Shown: positions 25,869-38,204 of the stretch, in pieces
Layout of the letters: each line of letters begins with the position of its first letter
Position numbering within the stretch: position 1 is the stretch's first letter
Assembly (NCBI RefSeq): GCF_006345805.1
Contig: NC_043004.1
Span: 103,664,001-103,728,000 of the forward strand
DNA: 64,000 nucleotides
Reading direction: 5' to 3'
Origin: Octopus sinensis
Lineage: Eukaryota
Program-made: the position numbers and the translations under genes
Notes under the pieces: model-generated
What the model saw: only the letters and a program-made list of their open reading frames with translations
What the model was told of the DNA's origin: nothing
The model's database searches: none

Positions 25869-26048
25869 AATTGTTAAAACTTAAAATTGTTTCAGCTTCA
25901 AAGTTTCGCTGCAAAATGATCAGAGAACTGTTACTCAGAGTTTCACGTTTCCGTTCGTCAGGCAGTTGTGATCATTATTCTATCTTTGGTATTCGAATAC
26001 TACTTTTCCACCTTGTTTTGCGCTTACATGCTCATCTGAATGTGTTTG

Positions 26049-26050
<2 letters not shown>
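25866..26050 (-). mobile_element. Penelope-like terminal remnant (second family) between (TA)n tracts
   Basis: Carries a hammerhead core; bounded by (TA)n on both sides. Confidence 0.55.
25917..25974 (-). ncRNA. Minimal type I hammerhead ribozyme
   Basis: UGAUCA C AACUG C CUGACGA ACG-GAAA-CGU GAAA CUC U GAG UA/A CAGUU CUC UGAUCA: complete CUGANGA...GAAA...UH core with stems I, II and III. One C-A mismatch at the base of stem I. Confidence 0.75.
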
Positions 26051-26126
<76 letters not shown>

Positions 26127-26905
26127 CATTAAAAGTCAGTTTGAATCTTGCTTGCTTACTTGCTTGCAATGTTACCCAACCAAACTGGCGCATAATAGGA
26201 AAATACTATTAATTAAGTTTATCTTGAGATGTTAATACGAACAGAATAAAATATGTTTTGCGTAAGTCGGACAACTGGTTTTTAAGATATTAGAGGTTTT
26301 CGGGATATAAATACCCAAAACGGTGTATAATAGAGAATTATTCCGATAATAATCTTAATCTGGAAGGGAAGAAACTCTTATTTTTCGATTAGACACTGTG
26401 ACTTGACAATGAAAAAATACGATTTGTTCTTTTACAGTAAATGTTTCTATTTTCGATTCTGATAAACACAATATTTTAATCATTTAGAAATATTTTTAAG
26501 TATACACACACACACAGAAAGCAAACGAGATTTATTTAGTGATATATATTATGCACATATGCACACATACACACACACACACAAACACACACGCAAGTGT
26601 GTGCATAGTTGCGCACGTGAGAGTGCTACACAAAAACCGACATACACCAATTATTGAAGCCCAAATCGAGGACATGACCCCAGGGTTGTACCGACATTTT
26701 TTTATATCAGCCCTAATGCCATAAATAAATACCCTATTTGGCCACCTACTGGGCATCCATTCTGAAAACACGTGCAAACATATACGCACACAGGTACATA
26801 CACACACATATATATACATACGCACACACACACGTGCATACGTGTACGATAACACATACATAATTGCAAAGGCACGCATACACACAACTGCATGCTCTCG
26901 TGTAG

Positions 26906-26982
<77 letters not shown>

Positions 26983-27082
26983 TGCACGCACACACACACG
27001 CATACACAAGCGCGTGTACTTTCGCACAATGTACGCTTATACATGTATGTAGGGAAATGCATACCTAAAACATATATGCCCA

Positions 27083-27246
27083 TAGGCGCAGGAGTGGCTG
27101 TGTGGTAAGTAGCTTGTTTACCAACCACATGGCTCCGGGTTCAGTCCCACTGCATGGCACCTTGGGCAAGTGTCTTCTACTATAGCCTCCGGCCGATCAA
27201 AGCCTTGTGAGTGGATTTGGAGGACGGAAACTGAAAGAAGCCCGTC

Positions 27247-27297
<51 letters not shown>

Positions 27298-27494
27298 ATT
27301 TGTATGTGTGTTTATATATTTGTGTGTCTGTGTTTGTCCCCCCCCCCAACATCGCTTGACAACCGATGCTGGTGTGTTTACGTCCGATAGAATAAGTACT
27401 AGACTTACAAAGAATAAATCCTGGGGTCGATTTTCTCGACTATTGGCGGTGCTCCAGCACGGCCGCAGTCAAATGACTGAAACAAGTAAAAGAG
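27083..27494 (+). mobile_element. SINE family A
   Basis: Full head, body and tail. Confidence 0.95.
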
Positions 27495-27665
27495 TATGTA
27501 CATACACGTACATTTATATATTCATACATGCTTACATACATAACTCACACACATACATGTATGCATATACGCATATATACATATACGAATACGAAAATGC
27601 ATACTCACGCATATGTGTACATACAACTGTACACCCATACGCTCATTGATGCACAGATATACTTA

Positions 27666-27882
27666 CTAGGGGATGCTAAAAGGTTCCTGGCTCTAAAGGT
27701 ATCGCGAAAGGCTTGGCTGGAAGTCCAGCCTTCTGAGATCTTTTACAGGGCTCAGAAAAACTGAAGGACCACCGCAGTAAGTGTTTCAATCTGTGAGAGG
27801 AATATGTTGAATACAATCATAATTAACTGAACCTCTTGTATATTCTGTTACCCAAAACCAGGAACTTTTCAGCACCCACTCG
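27666..27882 (+). mobile_element. Mariner-derived MITE (about 220 bp)
   Basis: TIRs G..GGATGCTAAAAGGTTCCTGG / CCAGGAACTTTTCAGCACCC.CTCG, TA-flanked; further copies at 34321, 39745, 45902 and 48136. Confidence 0.85.
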
Positions 27883-27890
27883 TATGCATG

Positions 27891-27954
<64 letters not shown>

Positions 27955-28339
27955 TGCACATAAGCATAGGGAAAGGCATACTTACATAAATGTATACATA
28001 CAAATGTACACTTATACATCCACTCACATATACTCACATATACACACGCACTCACGTATACTCACACACACATAAAGCAACGCATTTGTTTGTGCGTGCG
28101 CACACATACATATACACACATTAACACAAATACACATACACACGCGCATACACAGTACTCACGGACACAACGCAAAAGCTTATATACACACGCACACACA
28201 TATGCACACACACGCACACATACGAACACAAATAAACACACTGTACACACACACACGCATACATTGTGCCTATGGACACAATGCACGCGTTTATATATAT
28301 ACATACATGCACACACCCACACATACATGCTCACCACAC

Positions 28340-29352
28340 ACACACACACATACAGTCGCACACACACACACACATAGTCGCACACACACATACAGTCGCA
28401 CACACACACACACAGTCGCACACACACATACAGTCGCACACACACACACACACAGTCGCACACACACACACACAGTCGCACACACACATACAGTCGCACA
28501 CACACATACAGTCGCACACACACATACAGTCGCACACACACATACAGTCGCACACACACATACAGTCGCACACACATATACAGTCGCACACACACATACA
28601 GTCGCACACACACACACATAGTCGCACACACACATACAGTCGCACACACACATACAGTCGCACACACACATACAGTCGCACACACATATACAGTCGCACA
28701 CACACATACAGTCGCACACACACACACATAGTCGCACACACACACACAGTCGCACACACACATACAGTCGCACACACACATACAGTCGCACACACACATA
28801 CAGTCGCACACACACATACAGTCGCACACACACACATACAGTCGCACACACACACACAGTCGCACACACACACATACAGTCGCACACACACATACAGTCG
28901 CACACACACACACAGTCGCACACACACACATACAGTCGCACACACACATACATACAGTCGCACACACACACAGTCGCACACACACATACAGTCGCACACA
29001 CACATACAGTCGCACACACACACATACAGTCGCACACACACACACAGTCGCACACACACACACACAGTCGCACACACATATACAGTCGCACACACACATA
29101 CAGTCGCACACACACACATACAGTCGCACACACACACATACAGTCGCACACACACATACAGTCGCACACACACATACAGTCGCACACACACATACAGTCG
29201 CACACACACACATACAATCGCACACACATATACAGTCGCACACACACATACAGTCGCACACACACATACAGTCGCACACACACATACAGTCGCACACACA
29301 CATACAGTCGCACACCACACATACAGTCGCACACACACATACAGTCGCACAC
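28340..29352. repeat. Minisatellite, unit TACAGTCG(CA)n of about 16-22 bp, roughly 50-55 copies
   Basis: Directly visible; source of the long artefactual ORFs 28062-29513. Confidence 0.97.
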
Positions 29353-29599
29353 ACCCACACACAGAGTACACGTGGACACATCGCATACGTTTATGCAAGG
29401 TCGACACATACACATGCATATACACACCGATTCGCCATTGTTCCTGCTTTGGTCTGACAGATTCTTTGACTCGGTTGATTTGGAACCAGTCTCAAGTCGT
29501 TAACTATGAATGAACTAAACTGTCGCCTTGTATCTAAAGGTCATATTTGTAGCCAGGGGTCAGGTGAAGACTTCTCCTTAATGGAATCCATCCATCACT

Positions 29600-30165
29600 G
29601 ACCTAACGAACACACACACACATACGCACACACGCACGCACATACGCACGCACAAACGTACGCACGTAACACACAGCATAACACACACGAAATATATATA
29701 CACACTCAAAATATACAGAAAACATACACGCATACACAAAACACATACACGAAGCAACACACACGCACATATACATAACACATGCGCACACACCACACGT
29801 TTGCATGCGCTCACGAAACACACACACACGCACAAAGCATATACAAGATACAAACACATATACGCGTGCACAAAACACACGCACAAAGGATACAGAAAAT
29901 ACACATATACAAAACACACAAAACATACACACAACACACAACGCACATGCTTGAAACACATTCACACGCAAACTTACACACACACACACACACACACGTA
30001 CTCATACTCACAAACACACATATACACATACTCATACACACATACACATGCACACACATACTCTCTCTCACACACACACAAACGACACACACATACTCTC
30101 TCACACACACAAACACACATACTCACACACATACACAAACACACACACTCACACACACACAGAGT
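29600..30165. repeat. Degenerate CA-rich simple repeat
   Basis: Directly visible. Confidence 0.85.
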
Positions 30166-30363
30166 ACATGTTCGCCTGAGCCAATGAAGTAGCTTGACTC
30201 GACCTGCTAGAAATAGTCACCATAATCTCTCTCACATTATACCATGCCATCTTAAAATTGGAAGGACAGATTAGACATACGTAATACTAAGCATATAATC
30301 CAGTGACTGTTGTAAGTTTGGAACCATTGACCAAATTCTTGAATGTTTCCAAGTCTTGAAATG

Positions 30364-30730
30364 TCGGCACAGGCTTGGCTGTGTGGTTAAGGAACTCGCT
30401 TTGCAGTCACGTGGCCTCTGGTTCAGTCCCACTGGGCGGCACCACGGGCCAAGTGCCCCGGCTGCCCAATACTTTTTGAGCGAACTTGGTAGACGACATC
30501 TGCGTGTGTGTATGTGTGTGTGTGTGTGTGTTTGGTCCATCACCGCCACCACCACTTAATCGGAGATGATTTCTTTACGTCCTCGTAACCTAGCAATTCG
30601 GTAAAATGACCGATAAAATAAGAACCAGATTGAAAAATAAATGTTGGGGTCGATTTGTTCGACTAAACTCTTCAAGGTAATGCTCCAGCATGACCGCAGT
30701 CCAATGACTCAAATAAGTAAAAGATAAAAG
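30364..30730 (+). mobile_element. Divergent SINE family A
   Basis: GGCTGTGTGGTTAAG head and CTCCAGCATGACCGCAGTC tail. Confidence 0.8.
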
Positions 30731-30927
30731 ACAGAAAGAAAGAAATTAATATCGGTTTAAAATTTTGGTGCAAGGCCAGCAATTTCTTGGGAATAAGTTG
30801 ATTACACCGACCCAGTACTTAACTGGTACTTATTTTTCCGACCCCGAAAGGAGGAAGGTCACAGTTGACATGCTAACGATTCTGCCAGCTCGCCGGCTTA
30901 AATGGAAATGAAATATTAATATTAATA

Positions 30928-31440
30928 GTTATCGCCAAGCTAACATGGCAGTCCAGGAAAATAGGACGAATGCTGCCGTTGATTAGCTCCAAGAGGCCAT
31001 CGCCTCTAGCTAGCTATGTGACACATAAACCTGTGTCCTTTATAACCTTCGAATAGGGGAGGTCAGCAGCTTCCTCTTGCTGGTTTGACATCCACAGACT
31101 AGTTTCGGGGTATTTGCCCCTTATCAATGTGGAGTAGCCGAACCCAGCAGGCGTCGCTGCTGACGTCTGTTCGAAGGTATATTTATCTATATTCAGAAGA
31201 ATACATCCACTGAAAACCTGCTGGGTTCGACTACTCCACATAGATAAGGGGCAAATACTTCGAAACTAGCCTGTAGATGTCAAACCAGCAAGGGGAAGCT
31301 GCTGACCTTCCCTGTTCGAAGGTTACACTGGACACAGGTTTGTTTGTCACATAGCTGTCTTGAAGCGATGACTTCTTAGAGCTAATCAACGGTAACATTC
31401 GTCCTATTTTTCTGGACTGCCATGTTAACTTGGCGATAAC
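30928..31440. mobile_element. Foldback MITE, about 225-bp inverted arms with a 65-bp spacer, TA-flanked
   Basis: TA|GTTATCGCCAAGCTAACATGGCAGTCC...AACCCAGCAGG (to 31151) mirrors CCTGCTGGGTTCG (31217)...CATGTTAACTTGGCGATAAC|TA. Confidence 0.85.
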
Positions 31441-31949
31441 TATTTATATCCAGTACCCCGGATTTAGGAATATTAAGTTTTCGAAATATTAATAAGCAGT
31501 TAAAAAGATGTTAAAAATCATGTTGAATATTCCTTTCTACAATTGTCATGAAATTTTTGGGGAGTGGGATTCTCGATTGGATCACCATATACAGTGCTTA
31601 ACTGGTACTTACTTCATCGACCACATAAAGACGAAAGGTAAAGCGTCATTTAGATTCAGATCGAAAAACATTTTATCCGACGCAGTAACGTTTCTGATAA
31701 TTCGCCGCCTTAAATTTGTTTAATAATGGCTTTATCTAAATTATTTATCAAAAGGTCGTCCGTACGTTTTAAATTTCACAGCTCCATACGTTTGGGATTG
31801 CAAATAATTAATTGCAGAATTGGGTATACCTACACTAGTGCTTCCTCGACCCGACTAAGTTTCAGAAAGAATGGGTATTTTTTAATAAAATTTTCTACAG
31901 ATACATTTCGGATGGTGTAGATTACAATCATATCAGAATTTAATGTGAG

Positions 31950-33090
31950 AAAAAAAAATTGGTAGACACACATACATACTGACTCACACCACATAAGCTT
32001 TCAAAATCCCAAGTTTCATTTTGTAGATATTTTGTGATGTGTTGGACAACAAATGTAGGCTGTGCAAGGCCAGCACTGGAGACATCGACCACATTATTGC
32101 CAACTGAGAGAGAATCATATCTTCCAAATGATATCTTTCCATGACACATGATGCGCTGGCCAGAGCAGTCTGGAAAAAGGTAACAAAAAACAAACACCTA
32201 CAGATAGGGGCAGGAGTGGCTGTGTGGTAAGTAGCTTGCTAACCAACCACATGGTTCCTGGTTCAGTCCCACTGCGTGGCATCTTGGGCAAGTATCTTCT
32301 TCTATAGCCCCGGGCCGACCAATGCATTGTGAGTGGATTTGGTAGACGGAAACTGAAAGAAGCCTGTCGTATATATATATATGTGTGTGTGTGTTTGTGT
32401 GTTCGTGTTTGACCCCCTAGCATTGCTTGACAACCGATGCTGGTGTGTTTACGTCCCCGTCACTTAGCGGTTTGGCAAAAGAGACCGATAGAATAAGTAC
32501 TGGGCTTACAACGAATAAGTCCCGGGGTCGATTTGCTCGACTAAAGGCGGTGCTCCAGCATGGCCGCAGTCAAATGAGTGAAACAAGTAAAAGAGTAAAG
32601 AGAGATAAAGTTGACTATATTAAGACAGAGGTGTCACAAGAATATTGGTGAAACTTGAAAATTAAAATGGTCACCAAGTTAAAATACAACCAGCCAGATA
32701 TTATTGTGTGGGACCACAAGGAAAGGATACGCTCAGTTGTGGAAATCAATAGCTCTCTGGACACTAAAGGGGTTAGAAAAATGCAGAAAAAAGAGGTTAT
32801 CTATGAACCGTTGATAAGGAGTTTGCAAACCCAGAACTCAAGATACACTTTTAGCTTCATACCTATTATTATTGGAGCAATAGGTTACATATCAACTCGT
32901 CTGGAGTAAAGTATGGCTGAACTTGGCTTCTTAGGGAGAGAAGGCAAATCCTTAAGTCATATGCTATAAATGATGACGACATCTGGGACTGCAAAAGCCT
33001 GCAAAACCTTCTTAGGATTTGAAGGATGATGAACAAAACAAGATGATTTCCTTTACGATCTTGCTGCCAAGCAAATGGCCGGTCAAAATT
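31950..33090 (+). mobile_element. Degenerate 3' fragment of an R4-clade (REL endonuclease) LINE, interrupted by a SINE
   Basis: CRLC..STGDIDHII...HDALA knuckle before the SINE; QPDIIVWD..VVEI..FIPIIIGAIG..GTAKACKTFLGF after it. Confidence 0.8.
32205..32602 (+). mobile_element. SINE family A nested in the LINE fragment
   Basis: Full-length copy; AGATA on both sides is a possible short TSD. Confidence 0.95.
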
Positions 33091-33116
33091 TATTCTAAAT
33101 CAAAATAATAAAGAGA

Positions 33117-33154
<38 letters not shown>

Positions 33155-33160
33155 ACACAT

Positions 33161-33215
<55 letters not shown>

Positions 33216-33539
33216 AAGTCAAAGCAAGCTTTGAAAAGCCTTTTGATACCATTCATTAACAACAGTAATCGCTTTTTGGAAATTCGCTGGGAAGATTGAG
33301 GAAAAAAGAGAATGATGGATCGTTTCAACTATTCCTCGAATGATCTTCATTAGTTATGGTAATTGTATTATAGACATGAATGGCGAAGACCACACAGATC
33401 AAATCATCAATGACTAAAAACAAATAAAATCATTAAAGATATATATTTCTTTGATTTTACATTTGGTGATTTTGTTGTTCTCGGCCATTTTGAATTATCT
33501 CTAAAATAATTGACGAAATGATTTATGCTGGAATCAATA

Positions 33540-33680
33540 CACGAGAGTTTGTCGCAGCTTCCATAAGCCAACTACTGGGCCATCTGGGAATCAAAGGTCG
33601 CAAAAGAACAGCAATGATGCAACACCTATCAGAGACAGTTGAGACGAGCCCAATGTGGCTGTGAGCAGACAGAAGGACAG
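33540..33680 (+). mobile_element. HERO-like REL LINE C-terminal remnant
   Basis: FVAASISQLLGHLGIKGRKR..LSETVETSPMWL resembles the recalled HERO C-terminus (GCRGFV.S...LGI.G....AE..S.WLW). Confidence 0.5.
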
Positions 33681-33798
33681 CCGAAGCTGAAATAGAATGC
33701 TGCAATACAGAGAATTATTGGAAGAAAACCCAGATTTACATAAATTCACAGTGTAAGTTCGTTCTTTCAGTGACCTTCGTGACCGAGTGGTATGTACC

Positions 33799-34030
33799 AG
33801 GCGGCGAGCTGGCAGAAACGTTAGCACGCCGGGCGAAATGCTTATCAATATTTCGACTGCCGTTACGTTCTGAGTTCAAATTCTGCCGAGGTCGACTTTG
33901 CCTTTCATCCTTTCGGGGTCGATAAATTAAGTACCAGTTACGCACTGGGGTCGATGTAATCGACTTAATACCTATGTCTGTCCTTGTTTGTCCCCTCTGT
34001 GTTTAGCCCCTTGTGGGTAGTAAAGAAATA
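33799..34030 (+). mobile_element. SINE family B long form with a perfect 10-bp TSD (GGTATGTACC)
   Basis: GGTATGTACC at 33789-33798 and 34031-34040. Confidence 0.95.
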
Positions 34031-34320
34031 GGTATGTACCACAGTTGAAGAAAATAAGATTACCCGAAGGTTCCAGGTTCATTCCCTGCTAAGCATTTCG
34101 AAAACAGCAGGGCACCTAAGAGCCATGACCTATGGCGAGCCCAGCTCCCTCAGAGTGTCAGGAACTAGAGGGCTGAACTATTTGCTTGGCGGAAAAAAAT
34201 TTTCTTCATCTCTACTAGCTCCGTAGCAAGTATGCGCTTACTAGACACAGAATATTGTAGCGATAAAATAATTGTATATACAACTGCAGAAATTCATTTG
34301 AACGGCAATGACACCAGATA

Positions 34321-34516
34321 CGAGAGGGTGCTAAAATGTTCCTGATTTTAAGGGTGTCGCGAAAACCCTGGTTGGCGGCCCAATCTTCTGAGTTCTTTTG
34401 CAGGGCTCAGGAAAACCGAAGGACCGCTGCAGTAAGTGTGTGAATCTAAGAGAGAAATATGTTGAACAAAATCATAATTAACTGATCCTCCTGTATTTTC
34501 TTTTACCCAAAGCCAT
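34321..34516 (+). mobile_element. Mariner-derived MITE, right end truncated
   Basis: TA|CGAGAGGGTGCTAAAATGTTCCTG left TIR. Confidence 0.8.
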
Positions 34517-34544
34517 TAGGACCGTTTGAATATTTTCTTTTCTA

Positions 34545-35190
34545 ATCTAGGCACATGGCCAACATTTTGGGGAGGGGGCCAGTCCATTAGATCGACCCTA
34601 GTACTTAATTTATCGACCTCGAAAGGATGAAAGGCAAAGTCGACCTCGACGGAATTTGAACTTAGAACGCAAAGACAGACGAAATACCTATTTCTTTACT
34701 ACCCACAAGGGGCTAAACATAGAGGGGACAAACAAGGACAGACAAACGGATTAAGTCGATTACATCGACCCCAATGCGTAATTGATACTTAATTTATCGA
34801 CCCCGAAAGGATGAAAGCAAAGTCGACTTCGGCGGAATTTGAACTCGAAACGTAACGGCAGACGAAATACCTATTTCTTTATTACCCACAAGGGGCTAAA
34901 CACAGAGGGGACAAACAAGGACAGACGTAGGTATTAAGTCGATTACATCGATCCCAGTGCGGAATTTGAACTCACAACGTAACGACAGACGAAATACCGC
35001 TAGGCATTTCGCCCGACGTGCTAACGTTTCTTATTTCTTTATTGCCCCCAAGGGGCTAAACATAGAGGGGACAAACAAGGACAGACAAAAGGATTAAGTC
35101 GATTACATCGACCCCAGTACGTAACTGTTACTTAATTTATCGACCCCGAAAGGATGAAAGGCAAAGTCGACCTCGGCGGAATTTGAAACC
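34545..35190 (-). mobile_element. Tandem array of SINE B partial units (about 160-183 bp period)
   Basis: Repeated CTATTTCTTTA..CCCACAAGGGGCTAAACA..GGACAAACAAGGACAGAC units. Confidence 0.9.
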
Positions 35191-36499
35191 AGCTCCTTCT
35201 TTACAGGAAAGCTTCAAATAACCAAAAATAAAAGAATGCACACGCACACAGACACACACACACACAGTGATGTCGTGTTTGTTAGCAAGGACACAACAAA
35301 GGCGGTGAGAGGATACGAACTACTATCTCTGAACCGATTGTCCGGTACGCTATCACCTGGGCCTTCGCACACTCATTGGTCGAGGACATTAAGTATTTGA
35401 ACTACCAGCTTAACTATTGTTTCTGGCAGGGACATACCTGTGATGCACAAAAGATTAAACCCTCAGTTCCATTTACCGCACCAGTGCGTGGGATAAATAT
35501 TTATTACACCTGAGCACACGCGCGCGCACACACACACACATGAACGCACTCCACTACGTACATACATACATACATACATACATACATACATACACATGGA
35601 AGGGTAAGCATATGGTAATGGGGACCAGGTGATGATCGAACTCTGTATTCCAGGTAAACGCTTATCTGAACGACAGTAATACAACGGTAATGCACTCAAG
35701 CGTGAACCAGACATGCAGTGTTCGATCACCACCTGTCTCTCCCTTGCCCCTCATCTCTGTCTTTTCTCTTTCTCCCGCTCTCTATCTCCCCCACCCTCCT
35801 CTCTCTCCCTCCCTCCCTCCCTCCCTCCCCCTCACACACACATTCATAAACACCCTCACATACACTCACGATTGTCATCTTTCCCTCCTTTGTTATATAT
35901 ACATGGATATATTTGTGTGTGTGTGTGTGTGTGTGTGTGTTTATGAGTATGTTTGCGTAACATTCTCTGTGTGTTTATGTGTGTTTCTGTGGATAGTATG
36001 TGTATACGATTTTGCGCTTCTGTCTTCGCTTGAATGTGTTGTGTGCACTTGTGTGTTTGTATGCATGTTAATGTAGTTGTGCGTTTATGCATTTAATTGA
36101 GTGTGTATGCAATAACAAAACAAAACAAAACAAAACAAAAATACGCCGTTGATCAATTATTAATCGATATTCTATACGATGTCTACCCGCTTTACACGCC
36201 CGCACCGGGTCATCCCACAGTTTTTGTTGTTTAACCCAAGGACAACTTTGATCAGCCAGTCCTATAAGGAAAGATATTACAGATGTGACAACAATAGAGT
36301 ATGAGATGTTTTGGCACAGCCGTTTTGGCGCCGCCCTACTGGCATCGTTGATTCAACGCTTACTTGAGATCAGATGTTTTAATATTTCTCTCGTTCTCTC
36401 CCTCTTCTTTCCCCAACTCTCTCTACACACACACTCTCTCTCGCCCTCTCTCTCTCTCTCTATATATATATATATGTGTGTGTGAATGTGAATATTTCT

Positions 36500-36935
36500 G
36501 CTCGCACATGTGTGTACATACATACATACATACATACATACATACATACATACATGCATACATACATACATACATACATACATACATACATACATACATA
36601 CATACATACACGCATCCGTACATACATACATACATACATACATACATACATACATACATACATACATACATACATACATACATACATACACGCATACGTA
36701 CATACATACATACATACATACATACATGCATACATACACACATACATACACACATACATACATACATGCATACATACATACATACATACATACATACATA
36801 CATACATACATACATAATACATACATACACACATACATACATACATACACACATACATACACACATGCATACATACATACATACATGCATACATACATAC
36901 ATACATACATGCATACATACGCATGTACGTACGTA
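36500..36935. repeat. (TACA)n microsatellite
   Basis: Directly visible. Confidence 0.97.
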
Positions 36936-37111
36936 TACTAACACTCCGTCTGTTACAGAACAGCCTGCTCGTGAAATTAACGTAGTAGTGGCTGAGTACC
37001 TCTCAGACACGTGCCCCCTTAACGTAGTTCTCTAGCACCATCACACCTCCCCATCCTACCCCCACCACACATGCCGCAACCACTTAATAATACCTAATAA
37101 TATTTAATTAT

Positions 37112-37325
37112 AAGGCGGCGAGCTGGCAGAATCGTTAGCACGCCGAGCAAATTGCTTGGTGGCATTCCGTCCGTCTTTACGTTCTGAGTTCAAATTCCGC
37201 AGTGGTCGACTTTACCTTTCATCCCTTTCGGGATAAAATAAGTACCAGTTGAACACTGGGGTCGATGTAATCGACTTATCTCCCTCCCCAAAATCACTGG
37301 CCTTGTGCCAAAATTTGAAACCAAT
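37112..37325 (+). mobile_element. SINE family B
   Basis: GGCGGCGAGCTGGCAGAATCGTTAG head through the GTGCCAAAATTTGAAAC tail. Confidence 0.9.
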
Positions 37326-37741
37326 ATTTAATTATAGAAATATAACAGAATTTTTTAAATATCAAATGGTTATGAGGGTCCAACCGAGGAAAACTGGAAC
37401 AAGGGGTTCAGAGAGGGAAAAAAGGTTGAGGACACTTGAATCTATGATAAATGACATCCTTTGCGTCCTTTTTCTTTTCAGACGTCGGGTAATTCGATGA
37501 CTATCTCACTCCCATAAATGTATTAAGGTACCACGACCAGAGACACAACACCTCACTCCTGACAGGATACGAACTGATGACCTCTCAGTTTGCTGTTCTT
37601 TATCCCTTCATTAACTCGAGCCAACGAAGGAACCTCTATAAAATCGCTCTAGTTGCTCGAAGTATTATTTTGAAATTATAAAAGAAGAGAAAATCATAGC
37701 ATGTTGATGTTTTACACTGAAAACTTTCAAATATATTGTGG

Positions 37742-38120
37742 AAGCACTCCGTCGGTTACGACGATGAGGGTTCCGGTTGATCCGACCAACGGAACAGCCT
37801 GCTCGTGAAATAACGTGTAAGTGGCTGAGCACTCCACAGACACGTGTACCCTTAACGTAGTTCTCGGGGATATTCAGCGTGACACAGAGAGTGACAAGGC
37901 CGGCCCTTTGAAATACAGGTACAACAGAAACAGGAAGTAAGAGTGAGAGAAAGTTGTGGTGAAAGAGTACAGCAGGGATCACCACCATCCCCTGCCGGAG
38001 CATCGTGGAGCTTTAGGTGTTTTCGCTCAATAAACACTCACAACGCCCGGTCTGGGAATCGAAACCGCGATCCTACGACCGCGAGTCCGCTGCCCTAACC
38101 ACTGGGCCATTGCCCCTCCT
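37742..38120 (-). mobile_element. SINE family C (young subtype)
   Basis: Near-identical to 21963-22335. Confidence 0.9.
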
Positions 38121-38204
38121 TCAAATATATTATTGACTTGTCGAAATGAGTTCGAAATTACTCTGATATGAACCATTTCTTTTTAATAAGAAAGGCTTCA
38201 TATA

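Noticed and set aside
28340-29352. CRISPR-like regular repeat
   Set aside because: Spacers are just (CA)n, not unique sequences; eukaryotic context and no cas genes.
28062-29513. ORFs of 364-439 aa
   Set aside because: Translations of the TACAGTCG(CA)n minisatellite; stop-free in several frames because of composition.
35626-35675. Box C/D snoRNA (GTGATGA...CTGA)
   Set aside because: Boxes are only ~40 nt apart with no terminal stem after the D box.
36353-37035. ORFs of 113-223 aa (MYVC/HTYI repeats)
   Set aside because: (TACA)n microsatellite artefacts; the same applies to 431-1732, 42554-42991, 44554-45835, 56531-56737 and 62850-63263.
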